Numbered from the stretch's first letter, positions 1 to 11,918 are shown. The stretch: DNA of 45,309 bases from a bacterium (GCA_043823315.1 JBDRAU010000082.1:1-45309); one strand, 5' to 3'. Translations and numbers: made by a program. The notes: a model not told the origin generated them from the sequence alone.

Positions 1-148
1 AGATGAGTTCAACCAAAAGTTGATTGAGTATCTCATATGGTACAATACTCAAAGAGTACATAAAGCGCTTCACAACCAAACGCCCATTGATTATCTACTA
101 AAAGTTCTCCCAGAGTCTCATATGTATGCAACCCATACATACTGTTGA
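1..148 (+). mobile_element. 3' end of a DDE (integrase-core / rve-type) transposase gene, truncated by the window edge
   Basis: The frame starting at nt 2 reads DEFNQKLIEYLIWYNTQRVHKALHNQTPIDYLLKVLPESHMYATHTYC*, with stop TGA at 146-148. The W-YN-x-R-x-H-x-x-L-x-x-x-TP pattern is the conserved C-terminal tail of rve-domain IS transposases. Confidence 0.6.
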
Positions 149-172
149 CAAACAAAACAAATACGATATAAT
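145..172 (+). promoter_or_regulatory. Consensus sigma70-type promoter (TTGACA-N16-TATAAT)
   Basis: Perfect TTGACA at 145-150 overlaps the transposase stop codon. Perfect TATAAT lies at 167-172 after a 16-nt spacer. Confidence 0.45.
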
Positions 173-240
173 CAACTAAGACAAATTTAATACGTAATAA
201 CTAGTGCTTTTCGCAAACTGCTAATACTGCAGGAGGGTTA

Positions 241-270
241 GCTTGCTGTGTGCAAGCGTTTTGTGTTTTG
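241..270 (+). terminator. Intrinsic-terminator/attenuator-like hairpin plus T-tract in the rpoB upstream region
   Basis: Stem GCTTGC (241-246) pairs with GCAAGC (252-257) around loop TGTGT. GTTTTGTGTTTTG follows at 258-270. Confidence 0.4.
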
Positions 271-376
271 GTAACAAATTCTGATATATCAGACGATACG
301 TTGGGTAAAAATAAAGACTCCGGAAATTTAACTAAAAAATAAATAGTTCAAAAAATAGAAGAGTTGGATTCTATTT

Positions 377-3300
377 ATGGGCTCTGAAGGGGTAAAATCA
401 CAAATGGCCAAAAAAGAACGCCAGAAGAAAGAGTACACTTTCTTTACAAAAGATGATGTCAAAGTTGAGTTGCCAAACTTAATCGAAATACAGAAGAGTT
501 CATATAGGTGGCTTTTTGAAGAGGGAATCAAAGAGTTACTCGACGAAATATCTCCGGTAGATGATTTTACCGGGGAGGCGATGAATTTGGAATTCGGTTC
601 ATTCGGACTGGGAGAGCCAAAAGTTGACGAAATGACCGCCAGAAGCAGAAATCTGACTTTCAAGGCTCCGCTGATGTGCGATGTTATTTTAACCAACAAA
701 ATTACTAAAAAGAACAAGGCCTCGAAGGTTTTTCTCGGTGATTTTCCCGTCATGACCGATCGGGGTACTTTTATTATAAATGGAATTGAAAGAGTCGTCG
801 TTTCTCAAATTGTCCGATCATATGGTGTTATCTTCGTTGTGGACAATACCGGCGGTAAGAAATTGTTTGGTGCTAAATTAATTCCGTCGCGCGGCGCATG
901 GCTCGAGTTTGAAACTTCAAATCGCGGCGTCATTTCTGTCAAGGTAGATAGAAAAAGAAAAATTCCCGTTACAACTTTTCTAAAAGCGATGGGGATGAAG
1001 TCAAATGAGGAAATTGCTAGAAAGTTTGCCGATGTTGATGATAATCCCGAGATGAAATATATCGAGCAAACAATATCTAAGGATTCTGCCAAAGATCAAG
1101 ACAGCGCCTTGGTAGAAGTCTACAAGAGGATCAGACCAGGTGATTTGGCAACAGCCGAAGCGGCAAAAGTCTTCATAGATGCACTTTTCTTTAATCCCAA
1201 GAGATATGATCTCGGTAAGGTTGGACGATATAAAGCCAACAAGAGACTTGATATCAACGTAAAAGAAGACATTGCTGGAAGAATTCTCAGGCTTGACGAT
1301 GTTATCGAAATAATTAGAGAGATAATCAGATTGAACAATGACCCGATGGCAGAGCCAGATGATATCGATCATTTAAAAAACAGACGCGTAAGAGCGGTTG
1401 GCGAACTCGTCCAATCACGTCTTAGAGTTGGATTTTTGAGAATGGAAAGAATTATCAAGGACAGAATGAGCGTCGTGGAGACCGAAACTGCCACTCCGGC
1501 TCAGCTTGTAAACTCAAGGCCGATAGTGGCAGTTTTGCAAGAGTTTTTTGCTTCTAGCCAAATGTCCCAATTTATGAACCAAACCAATCCACTTTCGGAG
1601 CTTGAACACAAAAGAACCCTTTCAGCTACCGGCCCGGGTGGACTCTCGCGCGAAAGAGCAGGGTTTGAAGTTAGAGACGTCCATCAATCTCACTATGGAA
1701 GAATTTGTCCAATCGAAACACCCGAAGGTCCAAACATCGGACTGGTTGGATATCTGGCCTCATATGGAAAAGTTAACGATTACGGTTTTATCGAAACACC
1801 TTACTTGGTTGTTGAGCAAAAAAAATCAAGACCAAAGGCAACCAAAAGGATAGTTTATTTAGATGCTTCGGAAGAAGAAAAATCAGTTATTGCTCCGGCA
1901 TCAACCAAAAAAGACAAAGATGGTTACTTAATAGGAAAGCGCGTACCAGTTAGAAAATTCGGCTCTCCTTCGATTGAAAATATTTCAAGCATTCAGTATA
2001 TGGACGTTTCGCCCAAACAAATCGCATCTATCACAACCGCCCTGATTCCCTTCATTGAGCATGACGACGCCGTACGCGCCAACATGGGATCGAATATGCA
2101 ACGACAAGCTGTTCCGGTTATTAAAACCGAAGCACCGATTGTTGGAACAGGAATGGAAGCTGATGCAGCAAAATCATCGGGGCACATTGTTCTTTCTCCC
2201 GTTAACGGAAAAGTAGAAGAGGCGTCAGGCGATAAAGTTGTTATAAAAGATTCAAGTGGAAAAAAGCACACTTCCTTTATCGAAAAATTTACTCGCTCGA
2301 ATCAGGGCACATGTATAAACCAAAAAATTATTGTTGAATCAGGAGACTCCGTAAAGAAGGGTGATGTAATTGCTGACGGTCCCGGAACGGACAGTGGCTA
2401 TTTGGCTCTTGGTAGAAATGTCCTGGTTGCATTTATGAGCTACCGAGGCGGAAACTACGAAGATGCTATTCTCATCTCGGACCGCCTAGTCAGAGAAGAC
2501 GTCTTAACTTCGATTCATATTGAAAAATACTCAATTGAAATTAGAGATACTAAGCTCGGCCCTGAAATAATTACTCGCGACATTCCAAATGTCGGTGAAG
2601 AAGCTCTTTCCAATTTGGATGAAAACGGTGTTGTTCTTGTCGGAGCGGAAGTTGAAGCGGGTGACATCTTGGTTGGAAAAATCTCACCCAAGGGGGAAAC
2701 AGAATTATCCGTCGAGGAAAAACTGCTTCGAGCCATCTTTGGAGAAAAAGCCAAGGATGTTAAAGATTCATCCCTAAGATTGCCACATGGCGAAAAAGGA
2801 AAAGTTATTGATATAAAACTATTTTCAAAAGATGCCGATGATGAACTGCCAGAAGGTGTAAACCAAATGGTGGAAGTATCGGTCGCACAAATGCGAAAAA
2901 TCTCAGTCGGTGACAAACTTGCTGGAAGACATGGAAACAAGGGTGTAATTTCGACCGTTTTGCCTGCTGAAGACCTGCCTTATCTTGAAGACGGAACTCC
3001 GGTTGACATAATCTTGAATCCGCTCGGAGTAGTTTCCAGAATGAACTTAGGGCAAATACTTGAAACACATCTCGGGCTTGCAGTTAATAGACTCGATATG
3101 ATGGTCGCCACTCCTGTGTTTGATGGTGTGAGTGTCGATAAAATAAAGGAATTATTGAAGCAGGCAGGCTTTTCAGAGGACGGAAAGATGACCCTCTATG
3201 ATGGTAAGACGGGCGAAGCTTTTGAATCGCCGGTAACCGTAGGACACAAATACATCTTGAAGCTTGCTCACCTTGTTGACGATAAAATGCACGCCAGATC

Positions 3301-3766
3301 TGTTGGACCATATTCTATGGTTACCCAGCAGCCACTTGGCGGAAAAGCCCAATTTGGAGGTCAGAGATTTGGGGAAATGGAAGTTTGGGCTCTCGAGGCT
3401 TACGGCGCCGCTCATATCTTGCAGGAAATGCTTACCATCAAATCGGACGATGTTACCGGAAGATCACGGGCTTATGAATCTATTATCAGAGGCGAAAAAA
3501 TCGAGAAACCGTCTGTTCCGGCTTCGTTTAATGTCTTAGTCAGAGAACTTCAAGGATTGGCACTCTCTCCTGAGATGATTGGCGGAATAGAGCAGGTAAC
3601 CGAGGAAGAATATAAAGCCAGAACCCTACCAAGAAGAGAGGTTTTCCCCGAGAGAGAAACTACCGATGATAGTGAAAAAGAGGATCGTGAACTAACCGAG
3701 ATTTTAGCAGGTCAGGAGCAAAATCCACCCCAAGAAGAAAGCATAGACAAGGAGGAAAATGAATAA
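377..3766 (+). CDS. rpoB: DNA-directed RNA polymerase subunit beta
   Basis: 1129-aa ORF with beta-subunit signatures GPGGLSRERAGFEVRDVH, NMQRQAVP, GRHGNKGV and GGQRFGEMEVWALEAYGAA, plus an acidic C-terminal tail. ATG 404 (MAKKERQ...) is an alternative start preceded by GAAGGGG. Confidence 0.97.
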   Translation: MGSEGVKSQMAKKERQKKEYTFFTKDDVKVELPNLIEIQKSSYRWLFEEGIKELLDEISPVDDFTGEAMNLEFGSFGLGEPKVDEMTARSRNLTFKAPLMCDVILTNKITKKNKASKVFLGDFPVMTDRGTFIINGIERVVVSQIVRSYGVIFVVDNTGGKKLFGAKLIPSRGAWLEFETSNRGVISVKVDRKRKIPVTTFLKAMGMKSNEEIARKFADVDDNPEMKYIEQTISKDSAKDQDSALVEVYKRIRPGDLATAEAAKVFIDALFFNPKRYDLGKVGRYKANKRLDINVKEDIAGRILRLDDVIEIIREIIRLNNDPMAEPDDIDHLKNRRVRAVGELVQSRLRVGFLRMERIIKDRMSVVETETATPAQLVNSRPIVAVLQEFFASSQMSQFMNQTNPLSELEHKRTLSATGPGGLSRERAGFEVRDVHQSHYGRICPIETPEGPNIGLVGYLASYGKVNDYGFIETPYLVVEQKKSRPKATKRIVYLDASEEEKSVIAPASTKKDKDGYLIGKRVPVRKFGSPSIENISSIQYMDVSPKQIASITTALIPFIEHDDAVRANMGSNMQRQAVPVIKTEAPIVGTGMEADAAKSSGHIVLSPVNGKVEEASGDKVVIKDSSGKKHTSFIEKFTRSNQGTCINQKIIVESGDSVKKGDVIADGPGTDSGYLALGRNVLVAFMSYRGGNYEDAILISDRLVREDVLTSIHIEKYSIEIRDTKLGPEIITRDIPNVGEEALSNLDENGVVLVGAEVEAGDILVGKISPKGETELSVEEKLLRAIFGEKAKDVKDSSLRLPHGEKGKVIDIKLFSKDADDELPEGVNQMVEVSVAQMRKISVGDKLAGRHGNKGVISTVLPAEDLPYLEDGTPVDIILNPLGVVSRMNLGQILETHLGLAVNRLDMMVATPVFDGVSVDKIKELLKQAGFSEDGKMTLYDGKTGEAFESPVTVGHKYILKLAHLVDDKMHARSVGPYSMVTQQPLGGKAQFGGQRFGEMEVWALEAYGAAHILQEMLTIKSDDVTGRSRAYESIIRGEKIEKPSVPASFNVLVRELQGLALSPEMIGGIEQVTEEEYKARTLPRREVFPERETTDDSEKEDRELTEILAGQEQNPPQEESIDKEENE

Positions 3767-6700
3767 TCGATCCGCAAAAGTTCAAAAAGACGTTGTGCTT
3801 AAAGATTTTGATAAAATCAAACTGCAAATAGCTTCTCCCGAAGAGATTATTGAGTGGTCTTATGGAGAAATAACCAAGCCGGAGACTATTAACTATCGAA
3901 CTCAAAAACCCGAACGCGATGGGTTATTTGACGAAAGAGTTTTTGGACCGGTCAAGGACTGGGAGTGTTATTGCGGAAAATACAAGAAAATTCGCTATAA
4001 GGGTGTAATTTGTGATCGCTGCGGAGTTGAAGTAACAAGGTCCCAAGTAAGACGTGAACGGATGGGGCACATAGAACTCGTTGTTCCGGTTGTGCATGTT
4101 TGGTATATCCGAGGCGGCAGCGGAGTTATTTCAACTGTTCTCGATATGACAATTTCCGATATCGAGTCCGTAGCTTATTTTGCCGCTTTCGTTGTAATTT
4201 CAGTGAATGAAGAGCTCAAAGCCCAATCCTTGGAGCAGCTGCAGAAGGAGTTCGATGAAGCCAAAAAAGATCCTAGGTTTAAAAACAACGAAATTGCGCT
4301 AAGTAAACTAGAAGCTTCTTTTAAGGCTTCAAGAAGCGAGCTTCAGTCAATCCAATACAAGAAGGTCCTAAGTGAAAGCGAGTACACCTCTATCTCATTG
4401 AAATACGGAAATGTTGCCAAAGTTGCAATCGGTGCAGAGGCAATTCTAGAGCTTCTCAAAAACACCGACTTGAACAATGAGATCAAAAATCGTGAGGGGC
4501 GCTTAGAGGGTAGTATTACAGCCAATAGAAAGAAGTTGCTTAGATCGCTTAAAGTATTTAAAGATATGAAGTCAGCCGGCATAAAACCGGAGTGGTTAAT
4601 TATAAAGAACCTTCCTGTTATTCCACCTGATTTAAGACCGATGGTTCAGCTTGACGGAGGGAGATTTGCCGCCTCCGACTTAAATGATCTGTACAGAAGA
4701 GTGTTGAACAGAAATAATCGTCTTAAAAAACTTCTTACAGCGGGAGCCCCGGAAGTTATCTGCAGAAACGAAAAGAGAATGTTGCAGGAGGCTGTGGACG
4801 CTCTTCTTGATAATTCAGCGCGACGCGGAAGAGCTGCAGTTGCCGGAAACCAGAGAAAACTACGAAGCCTATCTGATATCCTAAGGGGTAAACAGGGCAG
4901 ATTCAGACAAAACCTGCTTGGTAAAAGAGTCGATTATTCGGGCCGTTCAGTTATTGTTATCGGACCGGATCTCGAGCTTCATCAATGTGGAATTCCTAAG
5001 GTAATGGCCCTCGAACTATTCAAAACATTTGTCATCGCTAAATTAATTAGCGAGGGTCACGTCTACAACGTCAAGAATGCTACAAAGCTTATCGAACAGA
5101 AAGATCCAGTCGTCTGGGATGTTCTGGAGCAAGTTACTGCAGGTCATTATGTTATGCTTAATCGCGCTCCGACCTTGCACCGGCTCGGAATCCAAGCATT
5201 CCTTCCGGTTTTAATTGAAGGAAAAGCTATTCAGATTCATCCGCTTGTTTGTCAGGCATTTAACGCTGACTTTGACGGCGACCAAATGGCTGTCCACGTT
5301 CCTCTTTCCGACAATGCCAAAAAAGAGGCAGGCGAGATAATGCTTTCGAGTAAAAACCTGTTAAAGCCCGCCTCGGGAGAGCCGATTGTGACTCCTCGAT
5401 TTGATATGATTTTGGGCTGTTATTACATAACCGATATGAAGATGGATACTGACAGGCCAAAAACCTATTCGGGTAAAAATGAAGCTATTATGGCATGGCA
5501 GACAGGCAATATAAGACTCAAGACCACTATGAGATTAAGAACCGATGATGAAATCCGGGAGACCGATACTGAGGTAAGCGAGAAAGACGATCACAGAATA
5601 ATTGAGACATGCGTAGGGAGAATTCTGTTCAACAATATCCTTCCTGACGGTTTTGGATTTATAAACAAGGCCATAGACGCTAAAGTAATGAAAAGCATTG
5701 TCTCTGAAGTTTTCAAGTTGCACGGTAGTGAAACGACCGCCAAACTGCTAGATAAAGTAAAATCACTCGGTTTTGAGTATGCAACAATATCTGGAATGTC
5801 AATCGGAATCGACGATATTGAAGTTCCAGATGAAAAAGAAGGAATAGTCAAAAAGACTCAAGAAAAAATTGACGAAACTGAAACACTGCATCGCCGAGGA
5901 TTAATTACACCTGACGAAAAACGAATTAAATCGATTGATTACTGGTCAGAGGCACGAACGCAAATAGAAAAGAAGATGATGGAAAATTATTCACTGGATA
6001 ATCCGGTTTTAACTTATGTTAATTCCGGAACAAGGGGCTCCGTTGCTCAACTTATCCAGATGGCAGGGATGAAGGGTCTGGTTGTTAACCCAGCCGGTGA
6101 AATAATTGAAATCCCGATTATTTCAAACTATCGAGAAGGTTTGACGGTATTCGAATACTTTATCTCTTCGCACGGTTCGAGGAAGGGTCGATCTGACACT
6201 TCGCTTCGAACCTCCGATGCCGGTTACCTTACCAGAAGACTCGTTGATGTGGCCCAGGAAATAATCGTAAGAAACAATGACTGCAAAACAGAGGATGGGA
6301 TAGAAATGATAAGGGCTGAATCAGAAGACTTTGGCGAGAGCTTCCAGGATCGAATAGATGGAAGAATTGCCGCTAAAGCAGTTAAAGTTAAGAATAAAAC
6401 TTTAGTCAAATCAGGAGAAGAAATTACCAAAGTATTATCAATTGAAATTGCCAAGAGTGATGTTGAATCTGTGGTGGTTAGATCAGTGGCATACTGTAAG
6501 GAAACCTATGGAGTTTGTCAGAAATGTTATGGTCGCGATTTGGCAACCGGTACGATAGTAGAAAAAGGAGTTACGGTCGGAGTAATTGCCGCCCAGGCGA
6601 TTGGCGAACCGGGTACCCAGCTTACCATGAAAACATTCCATCTTGGAGGAGTTTCCGGTGAAGACATAACATCCGGACTTCCGAGAGTTGAAGAGCTTTT

Positions 6701-7547
6701 TGAAGCAAGACGTCCTAAATATGAAGCACCTATTTCCGAGATTGCGGGACTTGTTGAAATTACTAAGGGACGTGAAGGAGCTATTATCGATGTCGTTTCT
6801 GATGATGACATGAGAGAGGAGATCGAGATTCCGGACGGATACGAGTTGGTAGTAAAGAGCGGCGATGAAGTAAAGGCTAAAAAGGCCGTTGCAGTTTGCA
6901 AAGACAAAAAAGCGATCAGAACAAACATTCCAGGACAAGTAAGTTTGTCAAAAGGTAAAATACAGGTTACTTCGCGGGACAAAATATCCGCAAATTATGT
7001 CGTTAATCCCGGCTTAACAATCTATGTCAAAGCTGGCGATAAGGTTGAAAAGGGACAGGTTTTGGCTGAAGGCCATCTCAACCTTTCAACGCTTCTTAGG
7101 TTGCGTAGCTCACAGGATGTAATAAAATACATGATTCGCGAAATTAAATCGATCTATATGTCCCAGGGTCAGACAATTAATGACAAGCATCTTGAGGTCA
7201 TTATTAGACAAAACTTGTCGAAACTACGCGTTATCGATGAGGGAGATAGTGAATTGATACCAGGACAGGTTATTGATTTGCTAGAGCTGAACCAAGAAAA
7301 CGAGAAACTCCAAAAAGCCAAGAAAAAAGAGGCCAAAGCCGAGCAAATCATAATGGGTATTACGAGAGTTGCCTTGAAGACAGAGAGCTTCTTATCGGCC
7401 GCTTCCTTCCAGGAAACAACCGGAGTATTGATCAATGCAGCTATTCGAGGTTCGGTAGATGAACTCAAAGGGTTGAAAGAGAACGTGATTATTGGTAAAC
7501 TAATTCCCGCTGGTACAGGCCTTAAGCCCAGCAAGGAAAAAAAGTAA
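3759..7547 (+). CDS. rpoC: DNA-directed RNA polymerase subunit beta'
   Basis: 1262-aa ORF with the catalytic [12 protein letters not shown] motif, an N-terminal Zn motif [23 protein letters not shown], and the bridge-helix/trigger-loop region. It overlaps the rpoB stop by 8 nt (ATGAATAA). Confidence 0.97.
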   Translation: MNNRSAKVQKDVVLKDFDKIKLQIASPEEIIEWSYGEITKPETINYRTQKPERDGLFDERVFGPVKDWECYCGKYKKIRYKGVICDRCGVEVTRSQVRRERMGHIELVVPVVHVWYIRGGSGVISTVLDMTISDIESVAYFAAFVVISVNEELKAQSLEQLQKEFDEAKKDPRFKNNEIALSKLEASFKASRSELQSIQYKKVLSESEYTSISLKYGNVAKVAIGAEAILELLKNTDLNNEIKNREGRLEGSITANRKKLLRSLKVFKDMKSAGIKPEWLIIKNLPVIPPDLRPMVQLDGGRFAASDLNDLYRRVLNRNNRLKKLLTAGAPEVICRNEKRMLQEAVDALLDNSARRGRAAVAGNQRKLRSLSDILRGKQGRFRQNLLGKRVDYSGRSVIVIGPDLELHQCGIPKVMALELFKTFVIAKLISEGHVYNVKNATKLIEQKDPVVWDVLEQVTAGHYVMLNRAPTLHRLGIQAFLPVLIEGKAIQIHPLVCQAFNADFDGDQMAVHVPLSDNAKKEAGEIMLSSKNLLKPASGEPIVTPRFDMILGCYYITDMKMDTDRPKTYSGKNEAIMAWQTGNIRLKTTMRLRTDDEIRETDTEVSEKDDHRIIETCVGRILFNNILPDGFGFINKAIDAKVMKSIVSEVFKLHGSETTAKLLDKVKSLGFEYATISGMSIGIDDIEVPDEKEGIVKKTQEKIDETETLHRRGLITPDEKRIKSIDYWSEARTQIEKKMMENYSLDNPVLTYVNSGTRGSVAQLIQMAGMKGLVVNPAGEIIEIPIISNYREGLTVFEYFISSHGSRKGRSDTSLRTSDAGYLTRRLVDVAQEIIVRNNDCKTEDGIEMIRAESEDFGESFQDRIDGRIAAKAVKVKNKTLVKSGEEITKVLSIEIAKSDVESVVVRSVAYCKETYGVCQKCYGRDLATGTIVEKGVTVGVIAAQAIGEPGTQLTMKTFHLGGVSGEDITSGLPRVEELFEARRPKYEAPISEIAGLVEITKGREGAIIDVVSDDDMREEIEIPDGYELVVKSGDEVKAKKAVAVCKDKKAIRTNIPGQVSLSKGKIQVTSRDKISANYVVNPGLTIYVKAGDKVEKGQVLAEGHLNLSTLLRLRSSQDVIKYMIREIKSIYMSQGQTINDKHLEVIIRQNLSKLRVIDEGDSELIPGQVIDLLELNQENEKLQKAKKKEAKAEQIIMGITRVALKTESFLSAASFQETTGVLINAAIRGSVDELKGLKENVIIGKLIPAGTGLKPSKEKK

Positions 7548-7969
7548 TGCCAACAGTCAATCAACTTATTAAGTCAGGAAGAAAGTCAATATCCAAAAAA
7601 AGCAAGAGTCCGGCACTCGCGAAAAATTTTAATTTCCTGAAAAACAAGCCTACAAATGCCCAGAAATCCAATCCTTTCAAGAGAGGCGTTTGCACTAAAG
7701 TAACAACCATGACACCCAAGAAACCAAACTCAGCTTTGCGCAAGATTGCCAAAGTCCGGCTCACTAATGGTCAGGAAATTACGGCATATATCCCAGGCAT
7801 CGGACACAACCTGCGGGAACACTCGGTTGTCTTGATTCGCGGTGGAAGGGTTAAGGACTTGCCTGGCGTTAGGTATCACATTGTCAGGGGTAAACTTGAT
7901 ACCCAAGGGGTGCAGAAGCGCATGAAATCAAGAAGTAAATATGGTGTAAAGAAAGAAGCTAGGAAGTAA
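7547..7969 (+). CDS. rpsL: 30S ribosomal protein S12
   Basis: Contains [10 protein letters not shown] and [18 protein letters not shown]. It carries the Firmicute-type insertion after SPAL. The start overlaps the rpoC stop (TAATG). Confidence 0.96.
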   Translation: MPTVNQLIKSGRKSISKKSKSPALAKNFNFLKNKPTNAQKSNPFKRGVCTKVTTMTPKKPNSALRKIAKVRLTNGQEITAYIPGIGHNLREHSVVLIRGGRVKDLPGVRYHIVRGKLDTQGVQKRMKSRSKYGVKKEARK

Positions 7970-8446
7970 ATGAGAGGAAATAATTACTATAAAAAGAGAT
8001 TAATTGCTCCAGACGAACGGTTTGGCTCTACTTCTGTAAGTAAATTTATCAATTATATAATGGAGCGTGGAAAAAAATCCATTGCCAAAAAACTCGTATA
8101 TGATTCGCTTGACGAAGCGGCAAAAGTTCTCAAAAAAGAGCCCCTTGATGTTTTTAATGCGGTCTTGTCTGCAATCGCTCCTTCAGTTGAAGTTAGAAGT
8201 CGTAGAATCGGTGGGGCCAACTATCAAGTTCCGATTGAAGTTCGAGAACCAAGACGCACAGCGCTAGCGATGCGATGGATAATCGCTGCTGCGAAAAGCA
8301 AAAAAGGAATGCCCATGCATAAGCGGTTAGCGACTGAATTTCAGGATATTCTGAGCGGAACAGGGGCAGCGATCAAAAAACGCGAGGATACTCATCGAAT
8401 GGCCGAAGCAAATCGTGCTTTTGCCCATTTCGCCAAAATGAGATAA
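7970..8446 (+). CDS. rpsG: 30S ribosomal protein S7
   Basis: 158 aa with VEVRSRRIGGANYQVP and the ANRAFAHF C-terminus. It sits in the canonical str-operon position. Confidence 0.95.
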   Translation: MRGNNYYKKRLIAPDERFGSTSVSKFINYIMERGKKSIAKKLVYDSLDEAAKVLKKEPLDVFNAVLSAIAPSVEVRSRRIGGANYQVPIEVREPRRTALAMRWIIAAAKSKKGMPMHKRLATEFQDILSGTGAAIKKREDTHRMAEANRAFAHFAKMR

Positions 8447-8486
8447 GTGAATTGTCAGGGGGTAATTTTTAAGATTTGGTAAATTT

Positions 8487-10592
8487 ATGTCAAGAGAATA
8501 TACGCTGGAAAGAACAAGAAATATCGGGATAATCGCTCACATTGATGCGGGAAAAACCACCGTAACAGAGCGCGTACTTTTCTATACCGGTAAAAAACAC
8601 AAGATAGGTGAAGTTCATGAAGGCCAAGCGGAAATGGACTGGATGGAACAGGAGAAAGAGCGCGGTATTACCATTACCTCTGCAGCAACGACTTGTTTTT
8701 GGGCTCCTCGAGAAGAAAAAGCCAAAGACACCAGAATCAATATTATCGACACTCCGGGACATGTTGATTTCACCGTTGAGGTCGAGAGATCTCTTCGCGT
8801 TCTTGATGGCGGAGTGGTTGTATTTGACGGCGTTGCAGGAGTTGAGCCGCAAAGCGAAACTGTCTGGAGACAAGCTGACAAGTACTCGGTGCCAAGGATC
8901 TGCTTTATAAATAAGTTAGACAGAATGGGAGCTGATTTTTACAAAAGCTATCAAAGTATCTTGGATAAATTGGGGGCGAATGCAGTTCCAGTTCAGATTC
9001 CAATTGGCAGTGAAGACAAATTATCGGGCATTATTGATTTAGTTAAAATGCAAGCTTTTATGTTTAAAGATGATTTGGGAAGAGAGACCCAAAAGACAGA
9101 AATTTCTTCAGAAAACCTAGAAGAAGCAAAAAAATGGCGTTCTCATCTCGAAGAAAAAGTAGCAGAAACGAGTGAGGAACTCCTGAATAATTATCTGGCT
9201 AACGAAACCCTTAACTTAGATGAATTAAGAGAGGGAATCAGACAAGCAACAATAAAAAACGAACTCGTACCGGTATTGACCGGATCGGCTCTTAAAAACA
9301 AAGGAGTACAGCTTCTGCTTGATGCAGTTGTTGATTATTTGCCAAGTCCTCTTGAGGTTCCTCCGATGCATGGAAAAATGTTAAAAACCGAAGAGGATGT
9401 CGAGATCAAAACTAACGATGACGACAGCTTCTGTGCTTTAGCGTTTAAGATTGCTACAGATCCTTTCGTGGGAAGACTTTCCTATATTAGAGTATATTCT
9501 GGTGTTTTGAAGTCAGGAAGTTACATTATAAACAGCACAACCGGCGAAAAAGAAAGAGTCGGAAGAATTTTGAGAATGCACGCCAATCATAGAGAAGAAG
9601 TCCAAGCCGTCTATTCTGGGGAAATCGCGGCAATAGTAGGACTTAAGAATACCACGACCGGTAATACTCTGTGTGATCCGTCAAGACAAGTAATTCTTGA
9701 ATCGATAATTTTCCCTGAACCAGTCATTCAAATTGCTATTGAACCGAAAACAAAAGCCGATCAAGCCAAAATGGGCCTGGCGCTCGCGAAGCTTGCAGAA
9801 GAGGATCCGACCTTTAGAATTACCTCAAATAATGAAACAAATCAGACCTTAATTTCAGGGATGGGAGAACTTCATTTGGAAATTATCGTCGATAGGATGA
9901 AGAGAGAATTTAGGGTTGAGGCCAATGTCGGAGCACCGCAAGTAGCATATCGTGAAACGATCGTTGAGGGAACAAAAGCAGAGGGTAAATTCATTAGGCA
10001 ATCCGGTGGACGAGGTCAATACGGGCACGTATTTATCGAGATGCAACCAAAAGAACGCGGGACTGGAAACGAATTTATTAATAAAATTTTCGGTGGATCT
10101 ATTCCAAGAGAGTTTATTCCTGCCTGTGAAGACGGTATAAACGGGGCTCTTGATAAGGGAGTAATTGCTGGATACCCGGTAGTTGATGTCGCAGTTACTT
10201 TATATGACGGATCCTATCATGATGTTGACTCCTCGGAGCTTGCCTTCCAAATAGCATCTTCGATGGCTCTTCAAAATGCGGTAAAAAATGCTAAACCAGT
10301 AATTTTGGAACCGATTATGAAGGTTGAGGCCATAACTCCTGAAGAATTCATGGGTGATGTACTCGGAGACCTTAACTCAAAAAGAGCTCAAATCGGAACG
10401 GTTGAAGATCGCGGAAACGCCAAGGCAATTCCGGCAGAGGTTCCCCTCGGAGAAATGTTTGGATATGCCACTTCGCTTAGGTCAATTACACAGGGTCGGG
10501 CGAGTTATACGATGGAGTTTTTAAAGTATGAAATTGTGCCATCTAATATTGCTTCTTCTATTATTGAGGGAAGAAAAGTTTCCACAAGTTGA
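8487..10592 (+). CDS. fusA: Elongation factor G
   Basis: 701 aa with GTPase motifs [17 protein letters not shown] and NKLD, in str-operon order. Confidence 0.96.
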   Translation: MSREYTLERTRNIGIIAHIDAGKTTVTERVLFYTGKKHKIGEVHEGQAEMDWMEQEKERGITITSAATTCFWAPREEKAKDTRINIIDTPGHVDFTVEVERSLRVLDGGVVVFDGVAGVEPQSETVWRQADKYSVPRICFINKLDRMGADFYKSYQSILDKLGANAVPVQIPIGSEDKLSGIIDLVKMQAFMFKDDLGRETQKTEISSENLEEAKKWRSHLEEKVAETSEELLNNYLANETLNLDELREGIRQATIKNELVPVLTGSALKNKGVQLLLDAVVDYLPSPLEVPPMHGKMLKTEEDVEIKTNDDDSFCALAFKIATDPFVGRLSYIRVYSGVLKSGSYIINSTTGEKERVGRILRMHANHREEVQAVYSGEIAAIVGLKNTTTGNTLCDPSRQVILESIIFPEPVIQIAIEPKTKADQAKMGLALAKLAEEDPTFRITSNNETNQTLISGMGELHLEIIVDRMKREFRVEANVGAPQVAYRETIVEGTKAEGKFIRQSGGRGQYGHVFIEMQPKERGTGNEFINKIFGGSIPREFIPACEDGINGALDKGVIAGYPVVDVAVTLYDGSYHDVDSSELAFQIASSMALQNAVKNAKPVILEPIMKVEAITPEEFMGDVLGDLNSKRAQIGTVEDRGNAKAIPAEVPLGEMFGYATSLRSITQGRASYTMEFLKYEIVPSNIASSIIEGRKVSTS

Positions 10593-10617
10593 CGATTTTG
10601 CGATTATATGGTAAAAT
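10589..10617 (+). promoter_or_regulatory. Candidate tuf promoter (TTGACG-N17-TGgTAAAAT, extended -10)
   Basis: TTGACG at 10589-10594 overlaps the fusA stop. TAAAAT lies at 10612-10617 after a 17-nt spacer, with a TG at 10609-10610. Confidence 0.4.
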
Positions 10618-10656
10618 AAATTGAAAATTTAACGTAGAAAGAAAAAATTAAAACAC

Positions 10657-10679
10657 GGTTTTCGGAAGAAGCGAAAACC
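10657..10679 (+). repeat. Leader hairpin GGTTTTCG-GAAGAAG-CGAAAACC, same module as the hairpin inside the repeat family
   Basis: Perfect 8-bp stem at 10657-10664/10672-10679. The architecture GGTTTnnG / 7-nt purine-rich loop / CnnAAACC / T(T/A)AT matches the copies at 37370, 37470 and 40583. Confidence 0.5.
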
Positions 10680-10706
10680 TTATCCACACGAAAGGAAGGA
10701 TACGAA

Positions 10707-11891
10707 ATGGCTGCAAAGTTTGAAAGAACAAAACCCCACGTCAATGTTGGTACGATTGGTCATGTAGACCACGGAAAAACCACCTTGACAGCTGCAATCA
10801 CCCAAGTTTTGTCAAAAAAAGGCTTGGCTGAAGCAAGAAAATTCGAAGATATCGATAACGCTCCTGAAGAAAAAGAGCGTGGTATTACTATTGCCACATC
10901 TCATCAGGAGTATGAATCTGAAAAAAGACATTATGCCCACGTTGACTGTCCCGGACATGCTGATTACGTCAAAAACATGATCACCGGAGCTGCCCAAATG
11001 GATGCTGCTATTTTAGTAGTCTCGGCAGCTGATGGCCCAATGCCTCAAACCCGAGAACACATCGTTTTGGCCAAGCAAGTCGGAGTTCCATCTATTATTG
11101 TTTTTATGAATAAAGTTGATCAAGTGTCAGATAAAGAGTTGCTCGACCTGGTTGAAATGGAAATAAGAGATCTTCTGACAAAATATGAGTACCCGGGCTC
11201 AGAAGTACCCATTATCAAGGGATCAGCACTCAAGGCCCTCGAAGGCGATGCTGAAGCAGAAGCATCTATTATGGAACTCGTTAAGGCTATGGATGATTAT
11301 ATTCCAGAACCAAAAAGAGATGTTGACAAGCCATTCTTAATGCCAGTTGAGGACGTTTTTTCTATTAAGGGTAGAGGAACGGTTGCAACCGGTAGAATTG
11401 AAAGAGGCATAGTCAAAGTTAATGAAGAGATTGAGCTTGTCGGTATTAAACCTACTAAAAAAGTTGTTGTAACCGGAGTTGAAATGTTCAGAAAACAACT
11501 CGATGAAGGTCAAGCCGGAGACAACGTCGGACTTCTTCTTAGAGGAATCGAAAGGGATGACATCGAAAGAGGACAGGTTGCTGCCAAACCTGGTTCCGTT
11601 ACTCCTCACACCGAGTTTGAGGCTGAAGTTTATATCTTGAGTAAAGATGAAGGTGGAAGACATTCTTCTTTTACCAAGGGTTATAAACCGCAGTTTTATG
11701 TCAGAACTACTGATGTTACAGGAGAAGTTACAAAGCTTAGCTCAGGCGCAGAAATGGTAATGCCGGGAGATACAGTCAATGTATCAGTTAAATTGATTGT
11801 TCCTGTTGCAATGGAAGATCAGATGAGGTTTGCAATTCGAGAAGGTGGTAAGACAGTTGGAGCAGGCGTAGTAACAAAAATAATCAAGTAA
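10707..11891 (+). CDS. tuf: Elongation factor Tu
   Basis: 394 aa with [18 protein letters not shown] and NKVD motifs. Confidence 0.97.
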   Translation: MAAKFERTKPHVNVGTIGHVDHGKTTLTAAITQVLSKKGLAEARKFEDIDNAPEEKERGITIATSHQEYESEKRHYAHVDCPGHADYVKNMITGAAQMDAAILVVSAADGPMPQTREHIVLAKQVGVPSIIVFMNKVDQVSDKELLDLVEMEIRDLLTKYEYPGSEVPIIKGSALKALEGDAEAEASIMELVKAMDDYIPEPKRDVDKPFLMPVEDVFSIKGRGTVATGRIERGIVKVNEEIELVGIKPTKKVVVTGVEMFRKQLDEGQAGDNVGLLLRGIERDDIERGQVAAKPGSVTPHTEFEAEVYILSKDEGGRHSSFTKGYKPQFYVRTTDVTGEVTKLSSGAEMVMPGDTVNVSVKLIVPVAMEDQMRFAIREGGKTVGAGVVTKIIK

Positions 11892-11918
11892 AAAAGAATT
11901 AATAAATCGTACATTAAA

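Noticed and set aside
149-376. I looked for a link between the upstream IS and the GTCATTGCG repeats through shared terminal sequence.
   Set aside because: No GTCATTGCG-like motif or its complement occurs in 149-376. The IS end cannot be defined from this window, so no relationship can be claimed.
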